Shown here piece by piece: positions 19,108 through 29,191 of a stretch of DNA of 64,000 nucleotides (position 1 is its first letter; each line of letters starts with the position of its first letter). The notes below the pieces were generated by a model, which was given only the letters and a program-made list of their open reading frames with translations, ran no database searches and was not told the DNA's origin. The DNA comes from Candidatus Latescibacterota bacterium (GTDB lineage Bacteria; Latescibacterota; UBA2968). The translations under genes were made by a program, and so were the position numbers. The stretch covers positions 3,296,001 through 3,360,000 of the forward strand of contig OZ242311.1 in the NCBI GenBank assembly GCA_965207885.1. Direction: 5' to 3'.

Positions 19108-20655
19108 TCATCCGCGCGATTCCCGCACTTCGCTGCGAAGCCCCATCCAAACGCAGACAGCCATTCCCAATAGCACAATAGCGAACGGAAAGCCCGTTGT
19201 GAGCGATGCGGCTTGCAACGCACTCAAACCTCCGCCCAGCAGAAGCGCTATGGCGACTAACCCCTCAATCGTACACCAAAAAACGCGTTGTGCGACTGGC
19301 GCATCAACCTTGCCGCCGGCTGCAATGGTGTCGAGAATCAATGATCCAGAATCTGACGAAGTAACAAAAAACACGACGGTCAAAAGCATCGCCACAGATG
19401 AAAGCAGGGTCGCCATTGGCAATTTATCAAACATTTTGAACAATGCGATTTCGAGCTTCCACCCCTCGACATTTTCTGTTACACCGGTATAGCCCTCAAC
19501 GATGTGTTGATAAAACGCCGTACCGCTAAAAGTGCCGAACCACAGCAGGCATAAAAGCGTTGGTAGCAGAAGCACAGAGACGACAAATTCGCGCACTGTG
19601 CGCCCCTTTGAAATGCGAGCGATGAACGTACCGACAAACGGTGCCCAGGCAAACCACCACGCCCAGTAGAAAGTCGTCCAGTCTCGCACGAAGGCGACAT
19701 CCTCCCGCCCAATCCAATTGCTGAGCGGTACAACCTGCGCGAAATAACTACCGAATCCAGCGAAGATACTGCGAAAAATGTAGAGCGTTGGACCGAGCGA
19801 GATAACAGTCAATAACAACAAAAACGCGATAATGATATTGAACTGGCTCAAACGCTTAATACCGATATTAATACCCGTCAGCACCGATATGAGCGCGATG
19901 GACGTGATCGCCACAATTAGCACCACCATAGTGGTATTGTTCGCGGGAATATCAAACAGATAATTTAATCCGGAAGTAACCTGCTGAACCCCCAGACCGA
20001 GAGAGGTTGCAAGCCCAAACAATCCCGCGAATATGGCGAAAGTATCAATAATATGTCCGGGCCAGCCCCAGACGCGATCGCCAAATAAGGGATAGAACGC
20101 CGAGCGAATGGTGAGGGGCAACCCCCGGTTGTACGAGAAGTAACCCAGAGCGAGTCCAACGACGCCGTAGATCGCCCAACCGTGTAACCCCCAATGAAAA
20201 ACCGTCGCCGCTATGCCGGCAGCAATAGCCTCATCTGTTCTCGGATTAATGCCGAGCGGCGGATTTTGATAGTAGTACACCGGTTCCGCCACCCCAAAAA
20301 ACAGCAAACCTATACCCACGCCAGCAGCAAAAAGCATGGCAAGATAGGTTAAATAGGTGTATTCGGGTTTTGCATCTACGCCGCCCAGGCGCACCTTTCC
20401 AAGAGGCGATAGCGCCACATAAAAACAAAAGAGCACGACGAGATTGGCCGCAATAATAAAAAACCAATCGAGATTCGCAGTGAGCCACTCGCGGATATTT
20501 TTAAACCCTTCAGTCGCGGCTTCCTGAAAGACAAGAGCGCCAGTCACAAATGCGACAATGGTAATACCGGAAATCACAAACACTGGCGTCAGATAAATAT
20601 CTAAACCGAATAGCTTGCGGTACTCCCTATCATGTAATCCTTTAGGTATTTGCAA
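19108..20655 (-). CDS. BCCT family transporter (betaine/choline/carnitine)
   Basis: MLFAAGVGIGL, FHWGLHGWAIY, WTTFYWAWWFAWAPFVGTFIARISKGRT signature, FFVTSSDSG. Confidence 0.95.
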   Translation of the reverse strand: MQIPKGLHDREYRKLFGLDIYLTPVFVISGITIVAFVTGALVFQEAATEGFKNIREWLTANLDWFFIIAANLVVLFCFYVALSPLGKVRLGGVDAKPEYTYLTYLAMLFAAGVGIGLLFFGVAEPVYYYQNPPLGINPRTDEAIAAGIAATVFHWGLHGWAIYGVVGLALGYFSYNRGLPLTIRSAFYPLFGDRVWGWPGHIIDTFAIFAGLFGLATSLGLGVQQVTSGLNYLFDIPANNTTMVVLIVAITSIALISVLTGINIGIKRLSQFNIIIAFLLLLTVISLGPTLYIFRSIFAGFGSYFAQVVPLSNWIGREDVAFVRDWTTFYWAWWFAWAPFVGTFIARISKGRTVREFVVSVLLLPTLLCLLWFGTFSGTAFYQHIVEGYTGVTENVEGWKLEIALFKMFDKLPMATLLSSVAMLLTVVFFVTSSDSGSLILDTIAAGGKVDAPVAQRVFWCTIEGLVAIALLLGGGLSALQAASLTTGFPFAIVLLGMAVCVWMGLRSEVRESRG

Positions 20656-20668
20656 AGCGTTCCTTCCG

Positions 20669-23600
20669 TCAACGTCCGAGTTGATATGTCACCGCCAACT
20701 TCAACTGCCGACCTTTGGGATCGTGCGTAAAACCATCGTAGGCTTGTTCCACATTGACCAGCGGCGGCCTGGTATCAATCAAATTTCGCCCGGAGATGGC
20801 GATATTGATACCTCTGGACAAATTCCACAAAAAGCTGGCGTCCCATGTGACAAAAGCGTCTATAATGGGAAATAAATCTTCCGACGCCCGATCTTCATAA
20901 GACGAAATGTAGTTCAAGTAGCTGACCAGGCTGTAGTGTTTATAGTGATAGGCTGCGGATATCCGACTCTTCAATTTGGGCAAAGATGTCACGAGGGGAT
21001 TGTCGAAGTTCAGGTAGCCCACGGCGTCCAGTTCGGATTGGATCTCCAAATCGTCCAGCATCAGAGCCTTTGTCTGGTAATCGAGGGTATAAGTGCCGTC
21101 CAGGCTGGTTGTAAATTGTCCCGATCCCGCCTGCATCCGGGCGCTCAAATACACGTCAAAAACCGAAGTTTTGACCCCCGGCCAATTGACGAGATCAATG
21201 CGTACCCGATCGAGTTCTGCAGCCGTACAGGTACCGGTGCCAATACCATCTGGACATACGATGTATTGCTTCACCAGATCCCTGGTCGCGGATTCGTCAT
21301 ATAGGTTGACAATCGCACTATGGGGCATGGCGCCGATCACATCGCTGAAATCGTAGTGCCAGTAATCCAACGTTGCTTCAAAGCCAGCCTCTGTATTTAA
21401 AGCAAGGCCCGCATTATAGGTGAACGCTTGTTCGGGCTTGAGATCGGGGCTACCAATTCTATCCACCGCACGGTACGTGCTCGTTTGTGGCACCCATTCG
21501 AGCGTTGTCAACGGGCTTTCATTGACATCGTCCAGCGATGGCGTGCGAAAAGACGTCTGCACCGAGCCGCGCAGAAACGCGGAATGGGTCGGAGATTCCG
21601 AGAGTTGATAGCGCCACCCAAATTTGGGATCAAAACTGCTCGCCACATCGTGGAATTCGTAATTCGCAGCCAATTGCACGTCAAAACGCTCGCCCAGGCT
21701 CAGGGGAATTTCGCCAAAAAAGCGATGTACCGTCTGATCTGCCTCATAAGGCCGATGCACATTCGTGAAAACATAGGGACCGAACTTATCGCGCTCAGTA
21801 CATCCCTTATCGCCTGCAACCGGACAGGGATTGATGGTGACATCGCCCGCGTCATTGGGATCGCCAACCGCGCTGATCCGGCGAAACTGATATCCGGCGG
21901 CATAACTCGCGTTGAGCCAGACATTTTCCGTCCATGTCCCAGTCAGCGTCGCATCGGCAACTATCATATCCGCCGTGCTCTGCAAATTGACTTCCTCTGC
22001 GCCGAGCCATTCCCGCAGTTCGGGACTGTTTGCAAGTTCGGGGCGATATTCCGGATTGCGCTGATCCAGGTATAAGGCACCGGGTTGGGCGGAATACTCA
22101 ATGGCATTATTAAAAGGATTGAAATACATACAGTTGCCGTGCCCCGGCACTTTGCCACTGAGGGTGCTCGGGTCGAGTCTCATTTTGGCGTCACTCGAAG
22201 CATCTGCGATCACACCCACACCGCAATCCGGCCCGCCATAACCTCGAAAGGCGAGGAACAGGCGTTCGTTGTAGATGCCCGGCAGATTCATGTTCCCCGC
22301 GGTGTGGGAATAGGAAAGCCCCACGTCAAAACTGGCGTCCCGCCCACCAAATGCTTTGAAATCGCGGTCTGCGGAAGCAGCTACGCGCCAGGTGCGAGAC
22401 TGGCGCGACAGTGTGCGCCCAGGGCCCGAATTGCCAAACGTGCGCCCATTAAAATACCAGTTCGTCTCCCCATCGGCGCAGGCTTCGGCTACTTTGTCCG
22501 CATCGTAAGAACCGCTCCCTGCGTAGTTTCCCTGATCCTCGCAAAATGCCCGCCGCCCCGGGTGGTCGGGCGCGACTTCCATGATGGTCGTGTGAAACAG
22601 AGGGATGGGCGGATAAGAAGGCGTTGTGAGCCAATCGGGAATCTCGGATTCAGACAGCAATGCCTCAATGTGGTAATCCGTGCCATTGTCCAGAGAACCG
22701 TTGATCTCGGCAAAAGCGCGGATATACTGCTTTTTATCGATCAGATTGTCCCAGGGTTGATAGCGGAAGCGGCACGTCCAACTCAATTCTACCCCACCAA
22801 ATTCCTCACAGCGGCGATCGTGGATATCCGCGGTCCAGATAGCGGGTGCCCCAAGCGTGAAGACGCCGGGATTCCCAATGCCCGACCATCCCCCGCGTTG
22901 CCCACCGCCGTGCCATGGCAGCAGCAGATAATCTCTTTCTTCGGTCGCCAACTGCTGCTGACCGCTCCATTCTGCCGAAATTACGGCATGGGCGTTGCCG
23001 AATTTTCTACCCCATATCGCGCTCACATTCGTATCGCCAGCACCTGCGAAATAATTGTGGGCTGCCGAGACCTCAAAGCCCTCAAAATCCGCGCGAGTCA
23101 AAAAGTTGGCAACGCCAGCCACAGCATCCGATCCGTAGATCGCTCCCGCGCCTTCCTTGAGTACCTCAATGCGGTCAATAGCTATCGAAGGCATCGCATT
23201 TACATCTACGAAGCGCCCCCCAATCAAGCGCGCTGGCACATAGACCTGACGCCGGCCATTGAACAACACCAGGGTGCGCGAAGCCCCGAGGCCGCGCAGG
23301 TTCACATTGGCGATATTCTCTGGAAGCGTGGCGGCTTGACCGGCATTGTACCAACTGTTTCGCTCGCCGATTACGCCGTGACTCGCCCCCAGATTTTTGA
23401 AGAAATCTACCGCCTGCGGAGACCCCTGTTCTGCCATCTTTTCTCGCCCGACCACGGCGACCGCATAGGTCAAACTGATAGGCGATTCCTCAAACGCCGT
23501 ACCCGTCACCACCACTTCATCCAGATAAAGCGCGGACAAGGCCATCTGCAAAGCAACCGTCATTGTCTGTCCAGCCATCACAGTAATCGCGACTGTTGCA

Positions 23601-23854
23601 CTCGCATAGCCGATCAAATCGGCCTTCAGTTCATACGTGCCAACTGGCACATTTTCGATAATAAAGCGGCCCTGCTCATCCGACACTGCGTCCAGTTTCA
23701 AGACCGGAATATAGATCTGCACCGCTTCCAACTTCTCTCCACTTTCAGCATCGGTCACTGTGCCGGTAATAGTTCCAACAGATTGAGCCTCACTCACCCC
23801 CCAAAACAATGCCGCGCATACCAGAATCGGAATATACCTGCAAAAGAAAGCCAT
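20669..23854 (-). CDS. TonB-dependent receptor (copy 2, paralog of 15759-18959)
   Basis: Same architecture with long identical peptide stretches (e.g. YAVAVVGREKMAEQGSPQAVDFFKNLGASHGVIGER). Confidence 0.95.
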   Translation of the reverse strand: MAFFCRYIPILVCAALFWGVSEAQSVGTITGTVTDAESGEKLEAVQIYIPVLKLDAVSDEQGRFIIENVPVGTYELKADLIGYASATVAITVMAGQTMTVALQMALSALYLDEVVVTGTAFEESPISLTYAVAVVGREKMAEQGSPQAVDFFKNLGASHGVIGERNSWYNAGQAATLPENIANVNLRGLGASRTLVLFNGRRQVYVPARLIGGRFVDVNAMPSIAIDRIEVLKEGAGAIYGSDAVAGVANFLTRADFEGFEVSAAHNYFAGAGDTNVSAIWGRKFGNAHAVISAEWSGQQQLATEERDYLLLPWHGGGQRGGWSGIGNPGVFTLGAPAIWTADIHDRRCEEFGGVELSWTCRFRYQPWDNLIDKKQYIRAFAEINGSLDNGTDYHIEALLSESEIPDWLTTPSYPPIPLFHTTIMEVAPDHPGRRAFCEDQGNYAGSGSYDADKVAEACADGETNWYFNGRTFGNSGPGRTLSRQSRTWRVAASADRDFKAFGGRDASFDVGLSYSHTAGNMNLPGIYNERLFLAFRGYGGPDCGVGVIADASSDAKMRLDPSTLSGKVPGHGNCMYFNPFNNAIEYSAQPGALYLDQRNPEYRPELANSPELREWLGAEEVNLQSTADMIVADATLTGTWTENVWLNASYAAGYQFRRISAVGDPNDAGDVTINPCPVAGDKGCTERDKFGPYVFTNVHRPYEADQTVHRFFGEIPLSLGERFDVQLAANYEFHDVASSFDPKFGWRYQLSESPTHSAFLRGSVQTSFRTPSLDDVNESPLTTLEWVPQTSTYRAVDRIGSPDLKPEQAFTYNAGLALNTEAGFEATLDYWHYDFSDVIGAMPHSAIVNLYDESATRDLVKQYIVCPDGIGTGTCTAAELDRVRIDLVNWPGVKTSVFDVYLSARMQAGSGQFTTSLDGTYTLDYQTKALMLDDLEIQSELDAVGYLNFDNPLVTSLPKLKSRISAAYHYKHYSLVSYLNYISSYEDRASEDLFPIIDAFVTWDASFLWNLSRGINIAISGRNLIDTRPPLVNVEQAYDGFTHDPKGRQLKLAVTYQLGR

Positions 23855-23866
23855 AGGACCTCCCCA

Positions 23867-24928
23867 TTATGCGGGATTTCGTCCGTATCGCACACCTGTG
23901 GGAACAACATCAGTCTCTTTGCCCTCTTGCATCGCCAGAGCCGTATTCAGCGTGCTCCACAAGTCATGCTCGGCATGATATCCGAGAAGATTTTGCGTTT
24001 TTGTTCGATCAAATTCAAAAAAATTCGGCGAGGACATGGTCGCTTCTGTATAGCCTACGCCGAGATAATCGGCAACTTTTGGAACATCGTCTTCCCACAC
24101 GATGAGCATTCCACCAAGGGTAAATGCCTCGCCCACGGCTTCATCGCGCTCCAAACTCAGAGAAAGGCCCAGGGCGATATCCCGCACATCCGCCCACTCC
24201 TGCTTAAAACTCCTGCCATCGGGACACCTGCTAACCAGAACCCGCGCACCATCTGCCCATGCTTTTTTCATAGACGCGAGCTGCGTCCTCTGTTCATCTG
24301 TAGGGTTTTTCTGGCGTTGCAACCGTTCGAGCGGAGGTCTGAGGGTACAAAATTTGGGAACGCCGTCTTCGGTCAAAAATTCGCTCGGTTCAAAAATGGT
24401 CGCAAACCGACACACAACGCTCGGAAAGCCGTATTGAACGTGGTAATTCATCACCAATTCTTCGCCGATCCACTTGGTCAAAAAATAGGGCATCGCTTTA
24501 GTCGCACTGACCATATCTTCGGAAACCGGCTGCTCAAACAAACGCCCGGTCTCTTCAACCTTCCAGTATATCGCTTCTGTACATGCATAGACAAAACGCT
24601 GCAAATTGGGGACCTTCTCTCGCACAGCTTCGAGTAAATGCAGTGTACCCAGCCCATTAATCTGCAAATATTCGATATGGCTATGCGGGCTTGCAAAAGC
24701 CGCTGCCAGATGATATATGGCATCCACACCCTCAACCGCGCGAGATACGGCATCGTAATCGCGCAAGTCGCCTTCTACGACCTCGACTTCATCAATGCCT
24801 TCCCATTTGTCCGCCCGGCTGGCATCACCGGGATAGACAAAGCCGCGTATGTCGTGGCCTTTGTCGAGCAAACGTCTGACCAGATTACCCCCTACTCTTC
24901 CGTGTGACCCCGTCACGAGAATTTTCAT
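23867..24928 (-). CDS. NAD-dependent epimerase/dehydratase (extended SDR)
   Basis: ILVTGSHGRVG, YHLAA, YFLTK (YxxxK), DVRDIA. Confidence 0.9.
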   Translation of the reverse strand: MKILVTGSHGRVGGNLVRRLLDKGHDIRGFVYPGDASRADKWEGIDEVEVVEGDLRDYDAVSRAVEGVDAIYHLAAAFASPHSHIEYLQINGLGTLHLLEAVREKVPNLQRFVYACTEAIYWKVEETGRLFEQPVSEDMVSATKAMPYFLTKWIGEELVMNYHVQYGFPSVVCRFATIFEPSEFLTEDGVPKFCTLRPPLERLQRQKNPTDEQRTQLASMKKAWADGARVLVSRCPDGRSFKQEWADVRDIALGLSLSLERDEAVGEAFTLGGMLIVWEDDVPKVADYLGVGYTEATMSSPNFFEFDRTKTQNLLGYHAEHDLWSTLNTALAMQEGKETDVVPTGVRYGRNPA

Positions 24929-24947
24929 AAAGTCCTTCCCAGTTTTT

Positions 24948-26255
24948 TTATTTTACAAAAGCGCGATAAATCGCGATCAGTGCTGTCTCGAGATCGGCTT
25001 CTTCCACTCCCACAATAATATTGATCTCTGAAGCCCCCTGGTCAATCACCCGCACATTCACACCTGCATCTGCCAGCGCAGTAAACAGACGCGCTGCAAT
25101 GCCAACCCTGTGCGACATCCCCTCGCCAACCGTCGCAATCAGCGCAAGCCCGTGGATCAGTTCGGCGCGATCAGGCTCGATAATGCGTTGAATATCTTCG
25201 ACGAGAAGTTCGCCCTTGCCGTCCAATTGCTCATCCTGTATGATCACCGACATTGTATCGATACCCGACGGCGTGTGATCATAACTGATCCCATGTCGTG
25301 CAACCACCTCCAGGACCCGCTGCCCAAACCCCGTTGTCTGATTCATCAGATCTTTTTCAATAAATAGCATACTAAAATTGGGACGTCCCGCAACCCCGGC
25401 GATCAGGCGCTCTGTAAGCTCTCGGCTCGGCAAAATCAACGTGCCCACATCCTCTGGCCGATTGGTATTTCGTATGTGAATGGGAATTTTTGCCGTTCGC
25501 ACCGGAAACATCGCTTCGTCGTGCAAAACATCGGCTCCCATATAGGCCAACTCGCGCATCTCGCGATATGTAATTTCTTCTACAGGCAACGGATTGGGCA
25601 CCAGGCGGGGATCGGCCATGAGCAATCCGGACACATCCGTCCAGTTTTCGTACACTTCTGCTCCAACTGCGCGGGCGACAATCGCACCGGTAATATCTGA
25701 CCCCCCACGAGAAAATGTCACTATCTCACCCTCTACATCCGCACCGTAAAATCCCGGAATAACATACAGCCGATCATCTGAAAGACGTGCCCTCAATCGC
25801 CGATATGAATCGCTGTCAAGGCGCCCATCAGCCCGAAAGAGTATCGCCTCGGCTGGATCGACAAACACCGCATCTAAAACATCGGCTAAGATGCGCCCGC
25901 ACAAATACTCGCCGCGCGACGCCACGTAATCTCGCCCTGCACCATTCGCGATCCCGCTCTCGACCTCAGCGAGCAGACTCTCCATATCTATTGACACACC
26001 AAGAGCCTTTGAGAGATCCAAAAATCGCGTACTAATTTTATTAAAAGGCTCTGAAAAATCGACATTTTGTCTCGCGAGTTCGTGGCACAAATAGAGCAAA
26101 TCAGTAATTTTTGTATCATCTTCAGACCGCTTACCAGGCGCGGAAGGCACGACAAAACAGCGGCGTCCATCCCTTCGCACAATAGACACTACCTTCTCGA
26201 CCTGTGTGGCATCAGCAACCGATGAACCGCCAAATTTACAAACAATTTTTTTCAT
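24948..26255 (-). CDS. lysC: Aspartate kinase
   Basis: KFGGSS, VPSAPG, SRGE, FSRGGSDITG, WTDVSG..ADPR, C-terminal ACT domains. Confidence 0.93.
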   Translation of the reverse strand: MKKIVCKFGGSSVADATQVEKVVSIVRRDGRRCFVVPSAPGKRSEDDTKITDLLYLCHELARQNVDFSEPFNKISTRFLDLSKALGVSIDMESLLAEVESGIANGAGRDYVASRGEYLCGRILADVLDAVFVDPAEAILFRADGRLDSDSYRRLRARLSDDRLYVIPGFYGADVEGEIVTFSRGGSDITGAIVARAVGAEVYENWTDVSGLLMADPRLVPNPLPVEEITYREMRELAYMGADVLHDEAMFPVRTAKIPIHIRNTNRPEDVGTLILPSRELTERLIAGVAGRPNFSMLFIEKDLMNQTTGFGQRVLEVVARHGISYDHTPSGIDTMSVIIQDEQLDGKGELLVEDIQRIIEPDRAELIHGLALIATVGEGMSHRVGIAARLFTALADAGVNVRVIDQGASEINIIVGVEEADLETALIAIYRAFVK

Positions 26256-26259
26256 AATC

Positions 26260-27186
26260 TCAAGATGCTACCCTTCCTCGCTGTTGTCGCAACTCTTTGA
26301 GTAATAGCTTTGCCTCGCCCATATTCCCATCGATATTCACGGCTTCATTGAGTGCTCTTATCGCCTCATCGAGATGGGTCATGTCTTCTGTATCCTGATA
26401 AATATACGCATAACACAGACCAATAACATGATAGGCGCGCGCGCGGTCATTATCCGATAAAAATTCATAGCTCAAAGCCTCTTTTGCCAGTGCGACGCCC
26501 TGCTGGAAATCTTCTGCTTTGCCCTGCCAAAACGCACAATAGGCGGCATAGACTTTAGCCCGTGAAATCACATCCTCGCCCGAAGCATAATCCAATCCCT
26601 TATTGATGATACTCTGCGCGCGGTCGTACTCTCGAAAAGACTTAGCAATTAACATCTCTGTAATATTCAGCGCGTCCTTGCACAACTGATCCTGCCAGAA
26701 ACGATTTGATGGAATGGGGCGAAAGGTGTAGCGCGACCACAGACTATCCTGCTTTACCCATATTCCTATGGCCTGTTCTTTTATTTGCACCGCCCCTGTA
26801 TTGGCGGCAAAACGCGTGATAAGATGTATTTGATTACTGTAATGGGTGCCGAGCTCCTTCAACGCGGCAAAATAATCGGGTGCAATCTCGACCACACCCT
26901 CGTAAAATACCAATATACTATCTTTAGGAATAACTTCTCGATCCGCCAGGCGCATCTGTACCTGCTCGAGCATAACCCGTCGCGCGCGCGCTGTTTTTTC
27001 CGCCTCAGTATTTGGGAATTGCGCTGAGATTTCTCCATACCGCGCAATCGCCTGCGGCAAATCGGTCAATTCTTCTTCCAGATCCCGTACAGAAGCCAGC
27101 ATGCGCTGGGCATCGCTTTCCAAAGCACTCTGTCCCCCACACCCCACGAGCCCAAACAACAATAAGACAACGCACTTTAATTTCAT
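26260..27186 (-). CDS. TPR-like lipoprotein
   Basis: Lipobox LVGC; helical repeats (ARAYHVIGLCY, EAIRALNEAV). Confidence 0.6.
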   Translation of the reverse strand: MKLKCVVLLLFGLVGCGGQSALESDAQRMLASVRDLEEELTDLPQAIARYGEISAQFPNTEAEKTARARRVMLEQVQMRLADREVIPKDSILVFYEGVVEIAPDYFAALKELGTHYSNQIHLITRFAANTGAVQIKEQAIGIWVKQDSLWSRYTFRPIPSNRFWQDQLCKDALNITEMLIAKSFREYDRAQSIINKGLDYASGEDVISRAKVYAAYCAFWQGKAEDFQQGVALAKEALSYEFLSDNDRARAYHVIGLCYAYIYQDTEDMTHLDEAIRALNEAVNIDGNMGEAKLLLKELRQQRGRVAS

Positions 27187-27200
27187 TTATGCCTCCATAG

Positions 27201-28169
27201 TTACTCGATATCCGCGCGAATAGACATATCGTCCCGGATTTTGTTTTTCATGCGCTCAACAAGGCGACGATTGAATTCTTGCGCCGTGTGATAGCCCTGT
27301 ATTTTGAGTTGATAATTCAAGGCTATCGTCTCAGCAATCACCGTAATATTTTTTCCCGGATAGATCGGCACTGTAACCTGAGGCACCTCGAGATCGAGAA
27401 TCGAGACCCAATCCTCATCGAGTCCAATGCGATCGTAAGCCGCGGTTTCATCCCATTTAATGAGCTTGACAACAACCTCAATGCGCTTCTGCATGCGAAC
27501 GGCACGTACACCAAACATATTGCGAACATTCAAAATGCCCAGACCGCGTATTTCTATATGATCGCGCAGTGTTTCTCCGCTGCTGCCTACAACTATGCCC
27601 TGTAACTTGCGCGACACGAGCACGACGTCATCCGCGACCAATCGGTGTCCGCGCTCAACCAGGTCAACGGCAATCTCACTTTTTCCAATCCCACTTGCCC
27701 CAACAAATAACAGCCCAATGCCATACACATCGACCAGAGATCCGTGAATGGCTGTGCGCGGTGCAAACACATCGTCGAGATAATAAGAAAAAAGGTGGGC
27801 GAACTTGGTGGTCGCAAACGGCGTGGTCAGCAAGGGAATGTGCCGCGCATTGGACAATTCGACCATCACCGGCAGCACTTCATTCCCATCAGTGATAACC
27901 ATACAGGGAATATCAAACTGAAAAATGGTTTCAAGGGTCTGGCGACAAACATCGGGGTCAAGACTCGCCAGATAGAGCATCTCCGTATTGCCCATAACCT
28001 GAACGCGGTCAAAAGTAAAAAGCCCGAGGAAACCCGCAAGTGCGAGACCGGGCCGATGAACATCGCTGGTAGATAGTGTATTGCCAATCCCCTCCTGTCC
28101 AGCAACGGACGAAAGCGAGAGTTGGTCGCTATAATCCTCTAACATCTTGCCAATAGAAATCTGTGGCAC
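27201..28169 (-). CDS. hprK: HPr(Ser) kinase/phosphorylase
   Basis: HRPGLALAG, HGSLVDVYGIG, GASGIGKSE Walker A, LVADD, EIRGLGI signature. Confidence 0.97.
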   Translation of the reverse strand: MPQISIGKMLEDYSDQLSLSSVAGQEGIGNTLSTSDVHRPGLALAGFLGLFTFDRVQVMGNTEMLYLASLDPDVCRQTLETIFQFDIPCMVITDGNEVLPVMVELSNARHIPLLTTPFATTKFAHLFSYYLDDVFAPRTAIHGSLVDVYGIGLLFVGASGIGKSEIAVDLVERGHRLVADDVVLVSRKLQGIVVGSSGETLRDHIEIRGLGILNVRNMFGVRAVRMQKRIEVVVKLIKWDETAAYDRIGLDEDWVSILDLEVPQVTVPIYPGKNITVIAETIALNYQLKIQGYHTAQEFNRRLVERMKNKIRDDMSIRADIE

Positions 28170-28172
28170 GGC

Positions 28173-28487
28173 TTATACCTCATTTAGACTAGAAATAACG
28201 CGAGGTTTTCTACGTCGGCCGCGAAGTTTCTTTAATTGTCGGATCATCTTCTTTGCCGAACCATCAATAACGGGAAAGAGCTTATTGCCAGTGTTGGAAG
28301 CTTTAAGAGTTTGCCCATGCACATTGACAATAATATCAACGCGAAATGCAGGCTCCTCTTTTTTAATGGCGACATGACAACCCAGCACTGGCGTGTAAAA
28401 TCGCTCAAACCGAGAGACAGCAGCTTTAATATGGGTACGCGTACTGTCGGAGACATGGTAATGGTGTCCAGAAATGTCAATTTGCAT
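28173..28487 (-). CDS. hpf: Ribosome hibernation promoting factor (short HPF/RaiA)
   Basis: MQIDISGHH...ID...K..RQLKK; adjacent to hprK; GGAGG RBS. Confidence 0.85.
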   Translation of the reverse strand: MQIDISGHHYHVSDSTRTHIKAAVSRFERFYTPVLGCHVAIKKEEPAFRVDIIVNVHGQTLKASNTGNKLFPVIDGSAKKMIRQLKKLRGRRRKPRVISSLNEV

Positions 28488-28498
28488 GGGCGTCCTCC

Positions 28499-28945
28499 TC
28501 AACAGTGAGATGGTGACGACTTAGAGGAAAAATACTTGATCATTTTAACCAGTGTGCCCTTCTGAGAGGGCATAAAATCCACCTCATCCATAAACGCACG
28601 CATCATCAAAAGCCCGCGTCCAGAATTATTCATTAGATTTTCTGGCGCAACCGGGTCAGGTGTGGCATTGGGATCAAAACCTCCTCCCTCGTCTTGCACC
28701 CAGACCGTGATGGAAGCGGGGTGGATATCGATCTTGAGATGTACTTTCTTCGAAGCATCTTCACCATTGCCATGATCAATCGCATTGTTGAGTGCTTCCA
28801 TGACTGCAACCATCAGATCAACTTGCTCATCTTCTGAAGCGCCAGCTAGCCGAACGGCCGACTCAACAATCTGGGCAAATGCGTCGAGATGCTTGTACAA
28901 ACTTGGGGCACTGTGCATTAGCACCTGAGGTAATGAATTGGACAT
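28499..28945 (-). CDS. RsbW-like anti-sigma factor / Ser-Thr kinase (HATPase_c_2)
   Basis: EALNNAIDHGN, VQDEGGGFD, SGRGLLMMRAFMD, GT. Confidence 0.88.
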   Translation of the reverse strand: MSNSLPQVLMHSAPSLYKHLDAFAQIVESAVRLAGASEDEQVDLMVAVMEALNNAIDHGNGEDASKKVHLKIDIHPASITVWVQDEGGGFDPNATPDPVAPENLMNNSGRGLLMMRAFMDEVDFMPSQKGTLVKMIKYFSSKSSPSHC

Positions 28946-29063
28946 AGAGTCTCCAGAATTTGTGCTATCAGTACCCGGCCATCCGCCTCCACGCACAGCA
29001 CAACATTAGCAGAACTATGGGGAAGGTGCTCTCTCAAATCTCATCTATTACAGCTCAATCTTG

Positions 29064-29143
29064 ACTATACACTATATTTTAACGACTGTCAAGCGTGGGT
29101 CGTCAACTTCACCCTTGACCCAAACTTTGGAAAAAAGTATAAT
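29064..29143. promoter_or_regulatory. Divergent sigma70 promoters
   Basis: Minus strand TTGACA-N17-TATAGT (29092-29064); plus strand TTGACC-N17-TATAAT (29115-29143). Confidence 0.7.
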
Positions 29144-29191
29144 CCACCGCAGCAAAGGCGACACCAGTTATCCCTAAAGTGCAGGCATTTT

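Noticed and set aside
22085-24637. 850-aa plus-strand ORF
   Set aside because: Antisense shadow of the TonB receptor and epimerase genes; no motifs and an implausible Arg/His-rich composition.
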